Positions 1 to 11,509 of a DNA stretch of 64,000 bases are shown piece by piece. Under the pieces are notes generated by a model. The model was not told the origin of the DNA. It saw only the letters and a program-made list of their open reading frames with translations, and searched no databases. Within the stretch, counting starts at the first letter, position 1; each line of letters starts with the position of its first letter. A program made the translations under genes and the position numbers. Source of the DNA: Syncephalis fuscata S228 (Eukaryota; Fungi; Zoopagomycota); NCBI GenBank assembly GCA_025786725.1, contig JAHLTZ010000006.1:744001-808000 (forward strand), in the 5' to 3' direction.

Positions 1-179
1 AATCAATCCTTAAGTGGAAATCCCCCCAGTTTTTTTAGTTAACAAATTGCAAACCAAAACCAAAACCAAACAAGTAGATCCGGAAACAAGACCTTGGCCA
101 GAATAGTCGAGGAAAACCAATTGGGGCCAACTTCAAAAAATAGTGATGTGTAGCATCATTCAAAAGAAGATGGCCCCGC

Positions 180-321
180 GTGAAATTTATATAGGTGTAT
201 TTTACGCAAAAACGTGGCAGTCCATTCGTTAATTTGGAAAACTCCAAATATAGTGGAGAGCAGCGCAAATTAGCAAAATTATGCGCAGTGGGGCTCACAA
301 GCTCTTCGAAATAAAATATAA
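180..321. repeat. ~140-bp diverged direct repeat, copy A (intronic in the micro-exon gene)
   Basis: gtgaaatt...acgcaaaaacgtggc...gcaaatt...ctcacaagctcttcgaaataaaa matches 1485-1633. Confidence 0.75.
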
Positions 322-325
322 TGCT

Positions 326-826
326 ACTTACATACTGTTATAATATTAATTTGATACAAACAGTACATGGATATAATCAGCAAGTAGTTAGTTCATATAC
401 AATACAACTTACTAGCTAGTAATATTAAATTATTAATGCACACGCAATACATGGATGTAATTAGTGTATAGTCAGTTAATATGGAATATTACTTGCCATC
501 TATTCCATTAAGTTATTGATACACATAGTGCACGATATATGATTAATTTATAAATTATCAACATATAATACAACTTACAGCCTATTAATATTAAGTTATT
601 GATATACACAGCACATAATATATAATTAGCCAATGCTTAATTGATATACAATATAACTTACATTCTATTAATATTGAGTTTTTGATAAACATGATGCATA
701 ACATGTGATTAGTGCATAATCAACTAATATACAACACAACCTACTTTCCGCTAATATTAAGTTGTTGATAAATACAGTACATAATATATAATTAGTATAT
801 ATTTAGTTAATATATAATATCATCGC
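326..826 (-). repeat. Degenerate tandem array, ~6 units of 81-84 bp; each unit is one intron plus one micro-exon
   Basis: Recurring + strand motif caacttac-NNN-ctattaatattaagttattgata...acataatatataattag at ~331, 412, 496, 578, 661 and 744. Confidence 0.85.
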
Positions 827-1825
827 CAACCAAAAGAAATAAGGAATGGCGGAGATGACGAATGATTGAGGAAAAGAGATGCTGTTAGAAAACAAACGAT
901 TAATATCAGTAGAAAAAGAAAAAGATGTACAGATTCCAAGTCAAAAAATAACAGAAAACAGAGACAAAAGTTATATGACGATGGAAGACGTGGGAATAAC
1001 AGTTACAAAAAGCAACCAAACAAAAGAGGATGGTGCAGGCAAGTATAGGCGCGTCTGCAATCAGCAGTCCAAGAATTAAAGTAATGGGCACAGCGCAGAG
1101 TAAATGGAATCAGACACAAAAATACAGCCAGAAACAATGATAGTATTAAGAAAAACAAAGAAAATAAAATGAGATAATGACAATCATGTAGGCAATAATA
1201 GCCAATAAGAACAAGTATAATGATTTCAGATAGCCAGCTCATACCGGACGCAGTAGAAAGAGGCGGAAATGCGAAGCAGAGACTGAAAAGTGAAAAAAAC
1301 GAGTATGACAGAAAGGAAAGCCATGACGAAATTGAAACAGCAATAGCCAGTAATTAGGTATCCTCAAGTGTTAAAGAAGTTCTGTAACAAAGGCCAAAGC
1401 CAGTAGAGCCATAGGCAAATAATACATCCAAGATTATATCAAATGGAGCTTTGGCAGAGCGTCAGTTAATATAACGGCCTTAGTGTGAAATTAATAGAAC
1501 TCAGCTTCACGCAAAAACGTGGCGGTCTACTTAGTTTTAAAAACGCTGTACATTTAGCAGAAACGGAGAAGCAATGCAAATTCTCAATTATATGTAATAG
1601 GGATTCACAAGCTTTTCAAAATAAAAATAAAATAAATACAATACCACTTACTATCTATTATAATTATTGTTTAGAAATACTATTAGTAAATAAAATGCTA
1701 TGCCATATTTATTGATATTGCAACATACCACCACGACGAACTAAGGCTGGTTTAGCATCAACCATGGATGTACTAGCTACAAGCGCAACGGCAATGGTGC
1801 AAACGACGGCAATGGAAAGCTTCAT
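332..1825 (-). CDS. Secreted peptide micro-exon gene (signal peptide + array of 3/6-nt exons); 3' end lies beyond the window start
   Basis: Exon 1 (1825-1729) encodes MKLSIAVVCTIAVALVASTSMVDAKPALVRRG+g and ends at a GTATGT donor. AG/GT(GC)-bounded micro-exons follow: 1654-1652 ATA, 750-745 CGGAAA, 664-662 AAT, 581-579 GCT, 499-497 ATG, 415-413 CTA, 334-332 TAT. The spliced frame stays open (..RRGDTEKCYAI..). Confidence 0.7.
830..1450 (+). mobile_element. Decayed LTR-retrotransposon integrase-like relic inside the long intron of the micro-exon gene
   Basis: Purine-rich, frame-broken sequence. Fragments NGIRHKNT / QPETMIV resemble integrase GIxHxxT..HPETNG, and RLKSEKNEYDRK resembles the post-core helix. 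Confidence 0.35.
1485..1633. repeat. ~150-bp diverged direct repeat, copy B
   Basis: gtgaaatt...acgcaaaaacgtggc...gcaaatt...ttcacaagcttttcaaaataaaa matches 180-321. Both copies sit just inside a minus-strand GTAAGT donor. Confidence 0.75.
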
Positions 1826-2099
1826 GGTGATATTGATTTGTTAAGACAAACAACTAAAAGAGATAGTAGAATGTGGCTGGTATAGAGTGGTAGGTAGTGG
1901 GTGTATAGCAAGAAGTAAAGTGTGATTGGTATAAAGTGGAGAGTAGTGTGTGTTTAGAAGAAAGTAGAGTGTGATGATGATATCGCAGTTGGTTGTGTAT
2001 ATTTTGTGGGCTATTTAAATCTATGGTTATGCTGAGGTACTGGTATACTGTAGTATACGAGACATACGATTGATGTGTAGTATGAACCAATAAAACAAT

Positions 2100-3100
2100 T
2101 CAAATAATGATTGAAATACACATGTACCAATAGATTTGTGGCATGACACCATGGTTCCAGTCTTGATTTCAACCTGCCCGGTCTTTACTTCAATCTACCA
2201 TTCATTTACACGGATAACACAGCAATAGTAATAATCCAGCACATATGCGATAAAAATAGACATTCGCCTGTATTTTTGTTACACAGTCTAACTATTTGGT
2301 AAAAACAAGTATGTTGTTTGGTTTTGTAAACACAGTAAAGACGCCTTTGCTGCCATTTCTACCGATTCGGTCCTCAATGTCTGCATGCATACAAGATAAC
2401 AGACAGTACTGGTGCAAAAACAAGTTTAATATATCAAACTGGCATTTTTATACACACTTTTACTGCTGTACATAGGTCAGCCATAATTTTTAAATTATAA
2501 GTGTATTGATTGGTACATGTATACATTTCACTCGACACTATGCCCATTGTTATCGGGTAATCATTGCTTTGAATTCGCAAATGCATCAAATCCAGGCATA
2601 TCGTACTACATGTTGTGCAACTGCTATCATTCAAATGACGACTAATTCAAATCGCCTGAAATTGGCTATACAATAAGTACTGTTTGTAGCATGATGCATC
2701 ATGGCATTTTAAGCAATGGAACATTTCAACAAACTATTCTCGCGATCAGTTTTCAATTGTAAACTAAATTACATTGTCTAAATTCTATGCAATGCAATAT
2801 GCAGACGGAGACTGGGTATGTCAAACAATTTTAGTCAAATATTATCAGCTTCGAGTGCATAATGGCTGTGGATCGTATATCAACCGGCAATCATTCAAGG
2901 CCCAAGTGCTGTTCACATTTTTGAAGCCACTTCTAACAAGTTAAGTAAAATGGAATGTAAACGAACAAATCAAAGCAGAAACCAATAGAAAAGTATTGGC
3001 AGCTCAAAACTTACTGGTTTAGCTTACAGAAAATCATTATTGTTATACCATGTTAGACTGCGTTCATCAAGCAGAAACATTGTACATAGCATTTAATAAA
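2100..3100 (+). mobile_element. Decayed Ty3/gypsy pol relic (RNase H to integrase)
   Basis: Broken-frame fragments occur in the expected order: IYTDNTAI (RNase H IYTDHxAL), IQAYRTTCC (integrase zinc-finger region), and ADG..TGYVKQ (QTDGQTERVN-like). Confidence 0.4.
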
Positions 3101-5119
3101 ACTGCACAATACACACATGCTGTTATGCTTTGGATGTATAAGGGGAATACTTGAGGAGAGGGTAAATGAATGAGGAGAAATCAGACAATAGCGGGGTATA
3201 TTGTTAACAAATGTTTACTCATGAGGTTGTTGACCAGTTAAATGAGGATTAATATAGTTACATATCATAAGTAATGATTTCATGCTGTTTTAAGTTATTA
3301 AACAAGAGAAAAGAAAATACCCATCTATTAGATTGAAATGCGCATTCAGAATTATTTATGTCGGCCATTTGTTTTATAAACGCATATACAACTAGTAAAT
3401 AGTAAAGTAGTATTGCTATCATTTTCAATCATAAAATATATAGTTTGTGTTATTTGTAAATGTTTAGCAATTCAATATCAGATATTGTACTAACCAAATA
3501 TCTGTTTAATTCACTTGACAATAAAAATTGCAGGATGTTGTTACGGTATTAAATTACGGTATCGTGGTCATGTGATTATCTACCATGCAATTGATTCATG
3601 ACGCCCACCATGTAATCGAACAACATGCTAACGATAACATATAAGTAGTCGCAACGACAATATACTAAATACTAGTACTAACAATTATAAACAAACAGCC
3701 ATCCAAGGACATAACCAGTAAACACTTGTTATTTACTGACATATAATCAACCATATGAACAAGATTTAAATTCTATTAGCAATGATGTTTACCATGAAAT
3801 ACTAGCTTTATTGGAATTATAATAAACATATCAACATCTTTGATTTTTATATTTTTTTGTTTGCTTCAGTTGTGTTATTCCGTTACTAAAAGCCTAACTG
3901 TGGTAATTAATAATTAAAAGGATAATTATTTATTGCTTATTTTATAATAGCATCAGGCTCATGTTATACTAAAGTAAGCTATCAATTAGTGGCTACTAAT
4001 GTTTAGATGATAAAAGTAAGCATAAACAAGACGGTAGCCATTAAGTTGCTAGTCGTTACAGTGTAATTACTGTAATTATCTGTGATGTTATAAGCGATGA
4101 ATTGTGGTACCATTGCAAATTTATTTATAGCAAGAGAGCCATGTACTTTGAGTCACTAGCATTAAACTGAGGGACAAGAAAGATCAATGATTCGAATAAT
4201 AAACCGTTGATTAGTTTTTAATACTGAGAATTATTATTTGGTAAAGCAGTACTATATTAACTTTGCTTGAATTAATTGGAGATGAGCCAGTCCACGCTAT
4301 TTTCAATATTCAATGTGTTAATAAATGTTAAATAGTATTTACTGTTGTTAAAATATAATAAATAGATAAATGATGGCAATAAATAAATGTTAATCCATAT
4401 TATTATTGTTGTAAAGTATTTAAAGCAAATATACTCTTTAATTTGGTTTGCTATAGCTATTAATACAGTCACTTTTAATATCATGACAAACGCAAAACAT
4501 GTAGGAGTGGAGCAAAATCAACCGTGTGATTTGTATAATCACGTGTTAACAGAAAAAGAATTCCGTCAACACACAAACTCCCAGCCTTGTATATGATTGC
4601 AACAGCGACATATACATTATATTCCCATCACTACTATAAGTAGTATATAAATGAGTAACGAGTTTGGTGAATTATACCGAAATTCCGTTAGTAAATTCTA
4701 TATGATAATTTACTAATAGTAAATACTTTGTATACTGTCCAGTAAATTAATGTAATTTAAAAAAGTTATTATGTCTAATGTATTGATATATATATGAGGC
4801 AAATAAAGCAACATTTGTTATTATTAAAACGCTAATACATAACCCGGCTTTATTTAAGGAACAGTGTGAGAATAATATAATTATATGACGATGCACACGT
4901 ATTTGCCGCATGATTCAAGCTAAGTCGCCTTTTTTGTACAAATGATATCGACATGGTAAAAATACAGCTGTAGCACAGACTTGCCCAAATAGCAGCTATA
5001 AAAACTGACCACGACGTGTTGTAATTTTGCTTTTCATTCGCACCATCAATTATTTAATACTCTGTTTCTACTAGCTTTGCTACTATTTCGACTCTCTATA
5101 GTACTGTTGGATCTTTACC

Positions 5120-7244
5120 ATGGCCGTGCTCTCCACTCTTGCCAGCTCTTTATCAAACATCATCTTTGATTGGAATTTTATTGCAGTTGCTGGTGGCTCA
5201 CTACTGCTATCCAAGGTAATTGATCAGCATTATGTAATAGTAAATAACTCAATCAAAATTAGATAATCTATGAAAGTTTCCTGTCCCCCATGAGCAAAAT
5301 CCCTGGGCCTCCATTTGTCTCCGTTGGCCGGCTTGCTTGGATCTATAAGTTTGTTTCAGGGCAGTTTGACGAATATCTCTACGATATGTCTAAACGATAT
5401 GGCAAGGTGATTCGAGTCGGCAAGTCTTATGATGCTTTATAGTGGCACATGGAATTTAACGTTATATCTATTATATTTAGATTTAAATTTTGTTGCCATT
5501 ACAGACCGGGATGATGTTAAATTGGTGCTTGGATCTACAAAGTTTGCCAAGTCAGACCTGTACCATAGTTTTGACATGCTGTGTCCTAACATATTCTCGA
5601 CTCAGTAGGTGCATATCGAATTTACACTTGTATATACTTACCTGTTACTTACTTATAGAGATATTATACTTCATCGCAAACTGGTATGGAATTATATGCA
5701 GCATGTCATACAGAGATAACTAACAGTTTATAAAGAAACATATGATTGGACCGGTATTTTCGATGCAATCAGTTGCTGAGATCGAACCACTTGTGCATAA
5801 GGCTGGTACTGAACCATTGATAAAACGTCTTGAAAGCTATGCTGCTTCAGGTGTTACATTTGATATCATGGAAATGCTTTACCATACTGCTATGGTATGT
5901 ACTTTTATTGAGCTATCGTGAAATACTAATCAATATATATAGGATGTCATTGGTGAAATATCATTTGGCGGAACTTTCAATGCCTTGAATTCAAAGCCTG
6001 GAAAACAACATTCAGTTATTGAATGGGTCTCAGATGTTACTTATCTTGGGATAATGGTAAATTATATCGATATTGCAGCTATTTAACCACTCATTAATGT
6101 GATTATAGAAAGATAGCCTTGGTCCTTTGTGCAACTCTTTCTTTTTTCCTAGATTTTATAAATCTGAAAAGCTTTTACTTGATGTAAGTAGGACGATGTT
6201 ATTTTATCACTATAGCTTATAAATCATAGTTTGCTCGTTCTATAATCGAGAATCGTATCAAAGAAAATATTAAAGAAAGCGGAGAAGAAGTTAAAAATGG
6301 CTACATAAAGGACGTTTTGCAAAGATTGCTCGAGTCAGAGGATTCAGAAACTGGTGAAAAGTTTGACATTAAGCAGCTAATTTCCGAATCAATCGTACAA
6401 CTGTAGGTTTCTGGCTGTAAGCTATTTCATTAATTAACGTTTTGTCATACTAGTGTTGGTGGCACAGATACTATAGCTATTACTCTAACATGGTGTGTAT
6501 TGATATATACTTAAATTTTTATTCAACATACTAAAAACGTTTATTTAGGGGGTTGCATCTACTGGATAAGCATCCTAAATATGGAAAACTATTGAAGAAT
6601 GAGCTGATAGAAGCTTTTCCAGATCCGCAGCAAACCATTATTCATAACGATGTCAAAAATTTAACCTATTTGAATGCCACTATTTGGGAAATATTAAGAG
6701 TACGTCCCGTAGCACCGGGCACGCAGCGTAAAGCACCGAAAGGAGGTGCTGTTATATCAGGATACCATATATCTGAAGGTGTAAGTAATAACATGGCAAC
6801 AATTATTAATAACTTATCATTTTATAATACTTGCAGACAATTATCATGCCATCATTTAAAGCTATTCACAACGATACAGAAATTTATGGGGAAGATGCAG
6901 AAGAGTTTAATCCTGATCGATGGATTAAAGCAACACCAGAACAGCATCAAAAGATGCGTCAACACTTTTTAGCATTTTCTATGGGTTCCCGTGCTTGTAT
7001 AGGCCAAAAGTAAGCGCTGAATCAGTTAATAATATGCTTCATTTTTTACAGAAAATGCTAATCCATAATTTATTTGTTTAGCTTGGCCTGGATGGAACTA
7101 CGACTGCTGTTAGCCAACTTAATGCGCCGATTTGATTACAATGTGCCTGCAGGCGCTGAAACTGATATGACGCCTGTAACCTACTTTACTTTACAGCCAC
7201 GTGGTCGAAAGTACCTTGTCCAAGTTAAACCTAGCAATGTTTGA
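5120..7244 (+). CDS. Cytochrome P450 monooxygenase (multi-exon)
   Basis: N-terminal anchor followed by SKIPGP, I-helix GGTDT, ExxR (WEILR), PDRW and heme motif FSMGSRACIG. About 12 short introns; stop TGA at 7242-7244. Confidence 0.95.
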
Positions 7245-8018
7245 TTTCTTTGAATATATATATTATTTAATATTGACACTTTATTATTATCGCATTATTT
7301 AATAAACTAAATGGTTTATTTACTTAAATGTGAATATTAAAAAGTTTAAATATTGTTTGCAAAACATCCGTGCAATCATTGACTTTTATATTATTATTGT
7401 AATAAACAATGTATAAACTGTGTAAAAAAGGTTGCAGTAACAAAAGAAAATTCGACAAGAAAAGTGTCATGTGACTATATTTGGCAACAATTGCGTATTT
7501 AAAATAGCCTGATTTAGCAATAGCTTAATTTTATTTTGTTAATTGCCAAACATTATATTAATCGCTAGGTTATACGTAAGCAATTGTTAAATAAAGTCTT
7601 AAAAGAAACAAAATAAATTTTAGCTTAGCAATGAGAACGATAAATTAACATTAGAATATAAAAGAAATAAAGCATCAAGTGGCGCACATATGTACCACCA
7701 AGCACGTGGTGCCAGTCAGCTTATAGATATTCAAAAAAAACTAGCACATGCACTATCAATATACCGGAACTCGCCTTAGCAGCATTTCTATCTCGGTTGA
7801 ATAAACATCCAGAGCATTTTGCGTCAACAGTATGGCCCCTTTACTTTTCCTTGTCAACACTTACACTACTAGTTTAATATTAAATTATTTAGTACTGCTT
7901 TCTATAATTTTTTAATTTTCTAATAAGACGCCACTTTAAATCATTTTCATATCTGTACATCAAACGCTGTATATTCTTTTTTGCTGAAAAGTACACTCTT
8001 CGTTTGGGATAATTATCA

Positions 8019-9019
8019 ATGCCAATATACTATAATAACGATGTTTTGGGATTTGGATGGCAGAAAAATGCCACAAAAATACTAGGAATCCCATTACATC
8101 CTTTTGGAGAACTGGACTCTACAACTTTCTTACTACAGCAACTAAATACAAATAATTTCAACGGCTACGCAATCGGTGTCAACAACCAGTTGTTACTTAA
8201 TACAATAGTTGGTTATATATTCTTAAGAAACTCGATTATAGCTGTTAGAATGATCATCGAGAGACCGCGTATTCTTTCCGGCTGGTTTTGTTTAATATCA
8301 TCATTATCCGGCGTTAGCTGGGTCATTTGTGTGGCCATGGGGATACTTTACGCCATTTTAAATTGTCGAGGTGTAATTTGGTGGCTGGTTTTCAGCCTCA
8401 CTATATCATCAATAAGCAACTGTATGATCGTATTGCAAAAAGCATATCTAGTACTATTCCGTAAGCGTTGGATTCTAATCGTTGGTATTATATCTACCAT
8501 ACCACAAGTGGCCATTTTTATTATTACGTGGCGAGTATGCCCAATTATTTATGCTCTTAATCGCGGATGTACATTCTATTATCCTCCATATCTCCCATGG
8601 ATTTGGATGGGCGTCGAAGCACCTAGCCAGCTAATGTTTTCGTCGATTTTCTCATATGTTGCATATAAGCAGTATCAAACATTTGGCTCTAATGCATGGA
8701 AGCGACTGGCACGTGACGGAATACAAACCTTGTGTTTGGTGATTCTGTGCAAACTGTTATGCGGATTAATCATTGTATTTGATATTTTTGGTGGGCTTTC
8801 TGAAATGTTTGTTCTTGTTGATTGGTAGGTAGAATGACATAAAGCTGTACAACAGACTTACGCCATTGCTTTAGGCTCGTGTCTTCAACAGTTTTAGTAT
8901 ACCATTGCAGAAGTATGAGAAATACAAGCAGTTTATCGAATAAGCCAAAAACGTCGCATATACTTCACCTTTCTCAAATTGTTACTGCTAGTGAAACCGT
9001 TTACCACGAATACAATTGA
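8019..9019 (+). CDS. Seven-transmembrane GPCR-like orphan receptor, copy 1 (2 exons)
   Basis: Seven hydrophobic segments, Cys at the start of TM3 (NCRG) and in loop 2 (RGC), LQKAY after TM3. One intron at ~8825-8874. Confidence 0.8.
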
Positions 9020-9658
9020 GCATGTCGAAATACTGGACTGGTTATAAATCGTATTCTGCGACATAACAATTATTTGTGTACACGTTAAATATACTGACTA
9101 ACCAACAAAATCAACATTAGCTGAATAAAGAATTGTACAATGTATTGTTGTTAATGGCAAATACACAATAAGTTCCAGCTAAGCTAATTATTTTTTGCAT
9201 AAATCCATTGATTCTAATTTACTGTAACCAAAATCGGTTTACTAAATTGCGGCTATCACAATGTCAAAATAGCAACCTGCATGTTATTGCGCAGCCCAAA
9301 CTATATGGAAGCCACAGCCAATCAACAATGGGACATACATGTGCTACTCATGTCTCTGTGTAATATGGCATAGTCCTCGTCTGCCTACTTTCGGGTTTTC
9401 GTTTGTTGTTTTGCCACTGTTATTGTAAGCATCACTTCCATAATTAACTGCCGCTTTAGCGCTTGTGCTACATATTAGCGATGGGCAGCGCGGCTTTTAC
9501 AAGAATATTCCATTTCCTGACAGAACATGTACAACTGTTTACTAAAAGTAGCTTTAAACACCCGGTTTTTTGTTTATTCATTTATTCCCAGCACTGTTTT
9601 TATTATTCCATGCTTTTCACTAATTTTTACTTAAAATTAACACCTAAGATTGCCATCT

Positions 9659-10707
9659 ATGCCTGTAAAATATGATGATCAAGATTTGGGAGTGGGTTGG
9701 CAACAAAATGCCACTTATCTGTTTGGCATTTTATTGCATCCACTCGGTGAAATAGAACCCATTGACTTTTTGCAAAATCATTTAAACGGCAAAGATTTGG
9801 TCCAGAGTCTTGTTGGACTTCAACGCCAAGTTGTATTCGATGTGATTATAGCTTGCTTATTTGCAACCAGCTTTAACACCTCCATTCAAATGGTGATCAA
9901 ACGGCCGCGTCTCCTCAAAGGATGGCTCTGTCTAATTCCATCTTTGTTTGGCGTAAGTCGGGCTTTGTGCGTAATGGCAGCAATGTTGTTTTCTATTGTA
10001 CCGTGTCGAGTATCCGTCTGGTATTTGGCATTTTGCCTTACCATTTCCTCAATAAGTAACAGTGCGATTATACTACAAAGGCATACCTGGTGCTATTTCT
10101 TCAACGCTGGGTTTTGGTTCTTGGCTATGCATTTACACTGCCTCAAACATCTATTTTCATTGTCACGTGGTGTTTTTGTCCAGCTATATACAACATCGAT
10201 CGAGGATGTGCCTTTTACTATCCACAATATCTTCCATGGATTTGGATGGCCACAGAAGCTCCCAGTCAAATGATGTTTACATTTATTTTCTCTTATACCG
10301 CGTACCAACAATACGTAATGTTTGGTGCTGACGCTTGGAAAAAACTTGCACGTGGCAGAATACAAATTATGTGTCTGGCAATATTATGTAAGGTAGTCTG
10401 TGGCACAGTCGTTGTATTCGACATATTTGGTGGATTTTCAGAGATGCTTGTTCTTGCTGATTGGTAAGTGTAATAAGCTGCTTTACGCAAAATATTATTT
10501 ACATGCATTGTTTTGATTAGGGTGATATCATTAACAATTTTAGTGATGCATTGCAGCAGTATTAAAAAAGTTAAGACTACTATTACTCGTTCGAAAACAA
10601 ACCATATGCAGAACATCTCTCTTGTTGACGTTGTAAAGAATGTTTTTGAAAAGAGACGGTTTAAAGTCCATCGTCGTAAATCATCCGATATATTACTCCC
10701 GCGATGA
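9659..10707 (+). CDS. Seven-transmembrane GPCR-like orphan receptor, copy 2 (apparent 1-nt deletion at ~10078)
   Basis: Colinear paralog of 8019-9019 (GWQxNAT, LHPxGE, YLPWIWMxxEAPSQ, AWKxLAR) with the same intron position. CAAAG in place of CAAAAG breaks LQKAY. Confidence 0.8.
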
Positions 10708-11509
10708 AAAATAAGCTATCAGAGAAGAAGCACTACGCATCCAATATTAGCATGGATCCAAAAAATGTCAATAGCTATTACTAGTAGTATTTAATTACAC
10801 TAATAAGACTACCGTTTATGAAGCAGATTCAACTATTTTGTACAATTAACTAAACAATAACACTTTATTTAATTACAATAGTTCATACTGTTAACTACTT
10901 ACTTAATTTTAACATATTGCAACTAGCTGTATTTAATATAATCACACTCGCATTATTTATTTTAATAATAGTATCATGGCATCAATAAGCAAATCATTGT
11001 TATCATAGAGTTATTATTATTGCTATTATCCTTTATGCATATGTTTTATTCATTTATATAGCTATTATTGTATACTCCTGCCAAAATATATACATATTTG
11101 ATCAAGTATAATTTGATGATGAAAATAAAGCAACAATTATAAAGATATATGAGTAAAAATGTGAGTTAATTATTTTCTTCTCTTAGAATAAGCTAATCAG
11201 TTATCTAACTGTTTTTAGCTTGTGGAAATTCTACCTAGATATAATAAAAAATATGCAGTTTATATTCTTTAGTGTTTTGTTTATTCTGGTGTTTAAACTA
11301 AAGAATTTTAGCGTAAAAAATCATATAATTTAGATCAGTTGTGTAAAATAATTTATTGCGCTGAACTAAGGGGAGTCAAAGTAAAGTTTGGCCATTACTC
11401 TTTTCAGACCAGCAATTGCGCTTCCTTGTTTCGTATATTCAACTTATTTACATTCTGTCTATAGCCACTCAGCCCTTGTATACATCTGGTCAACTACCTC
11501 AACACAAAT

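Noticed and set aside
326-826. CRISPR-like array or plain satellite
   Set aside because: The context is eukaryotic, there are no cas genes, and the variable part is only 3-6 nt. The conserved parts are splice signals linked to an upstream signal-peptide exon.
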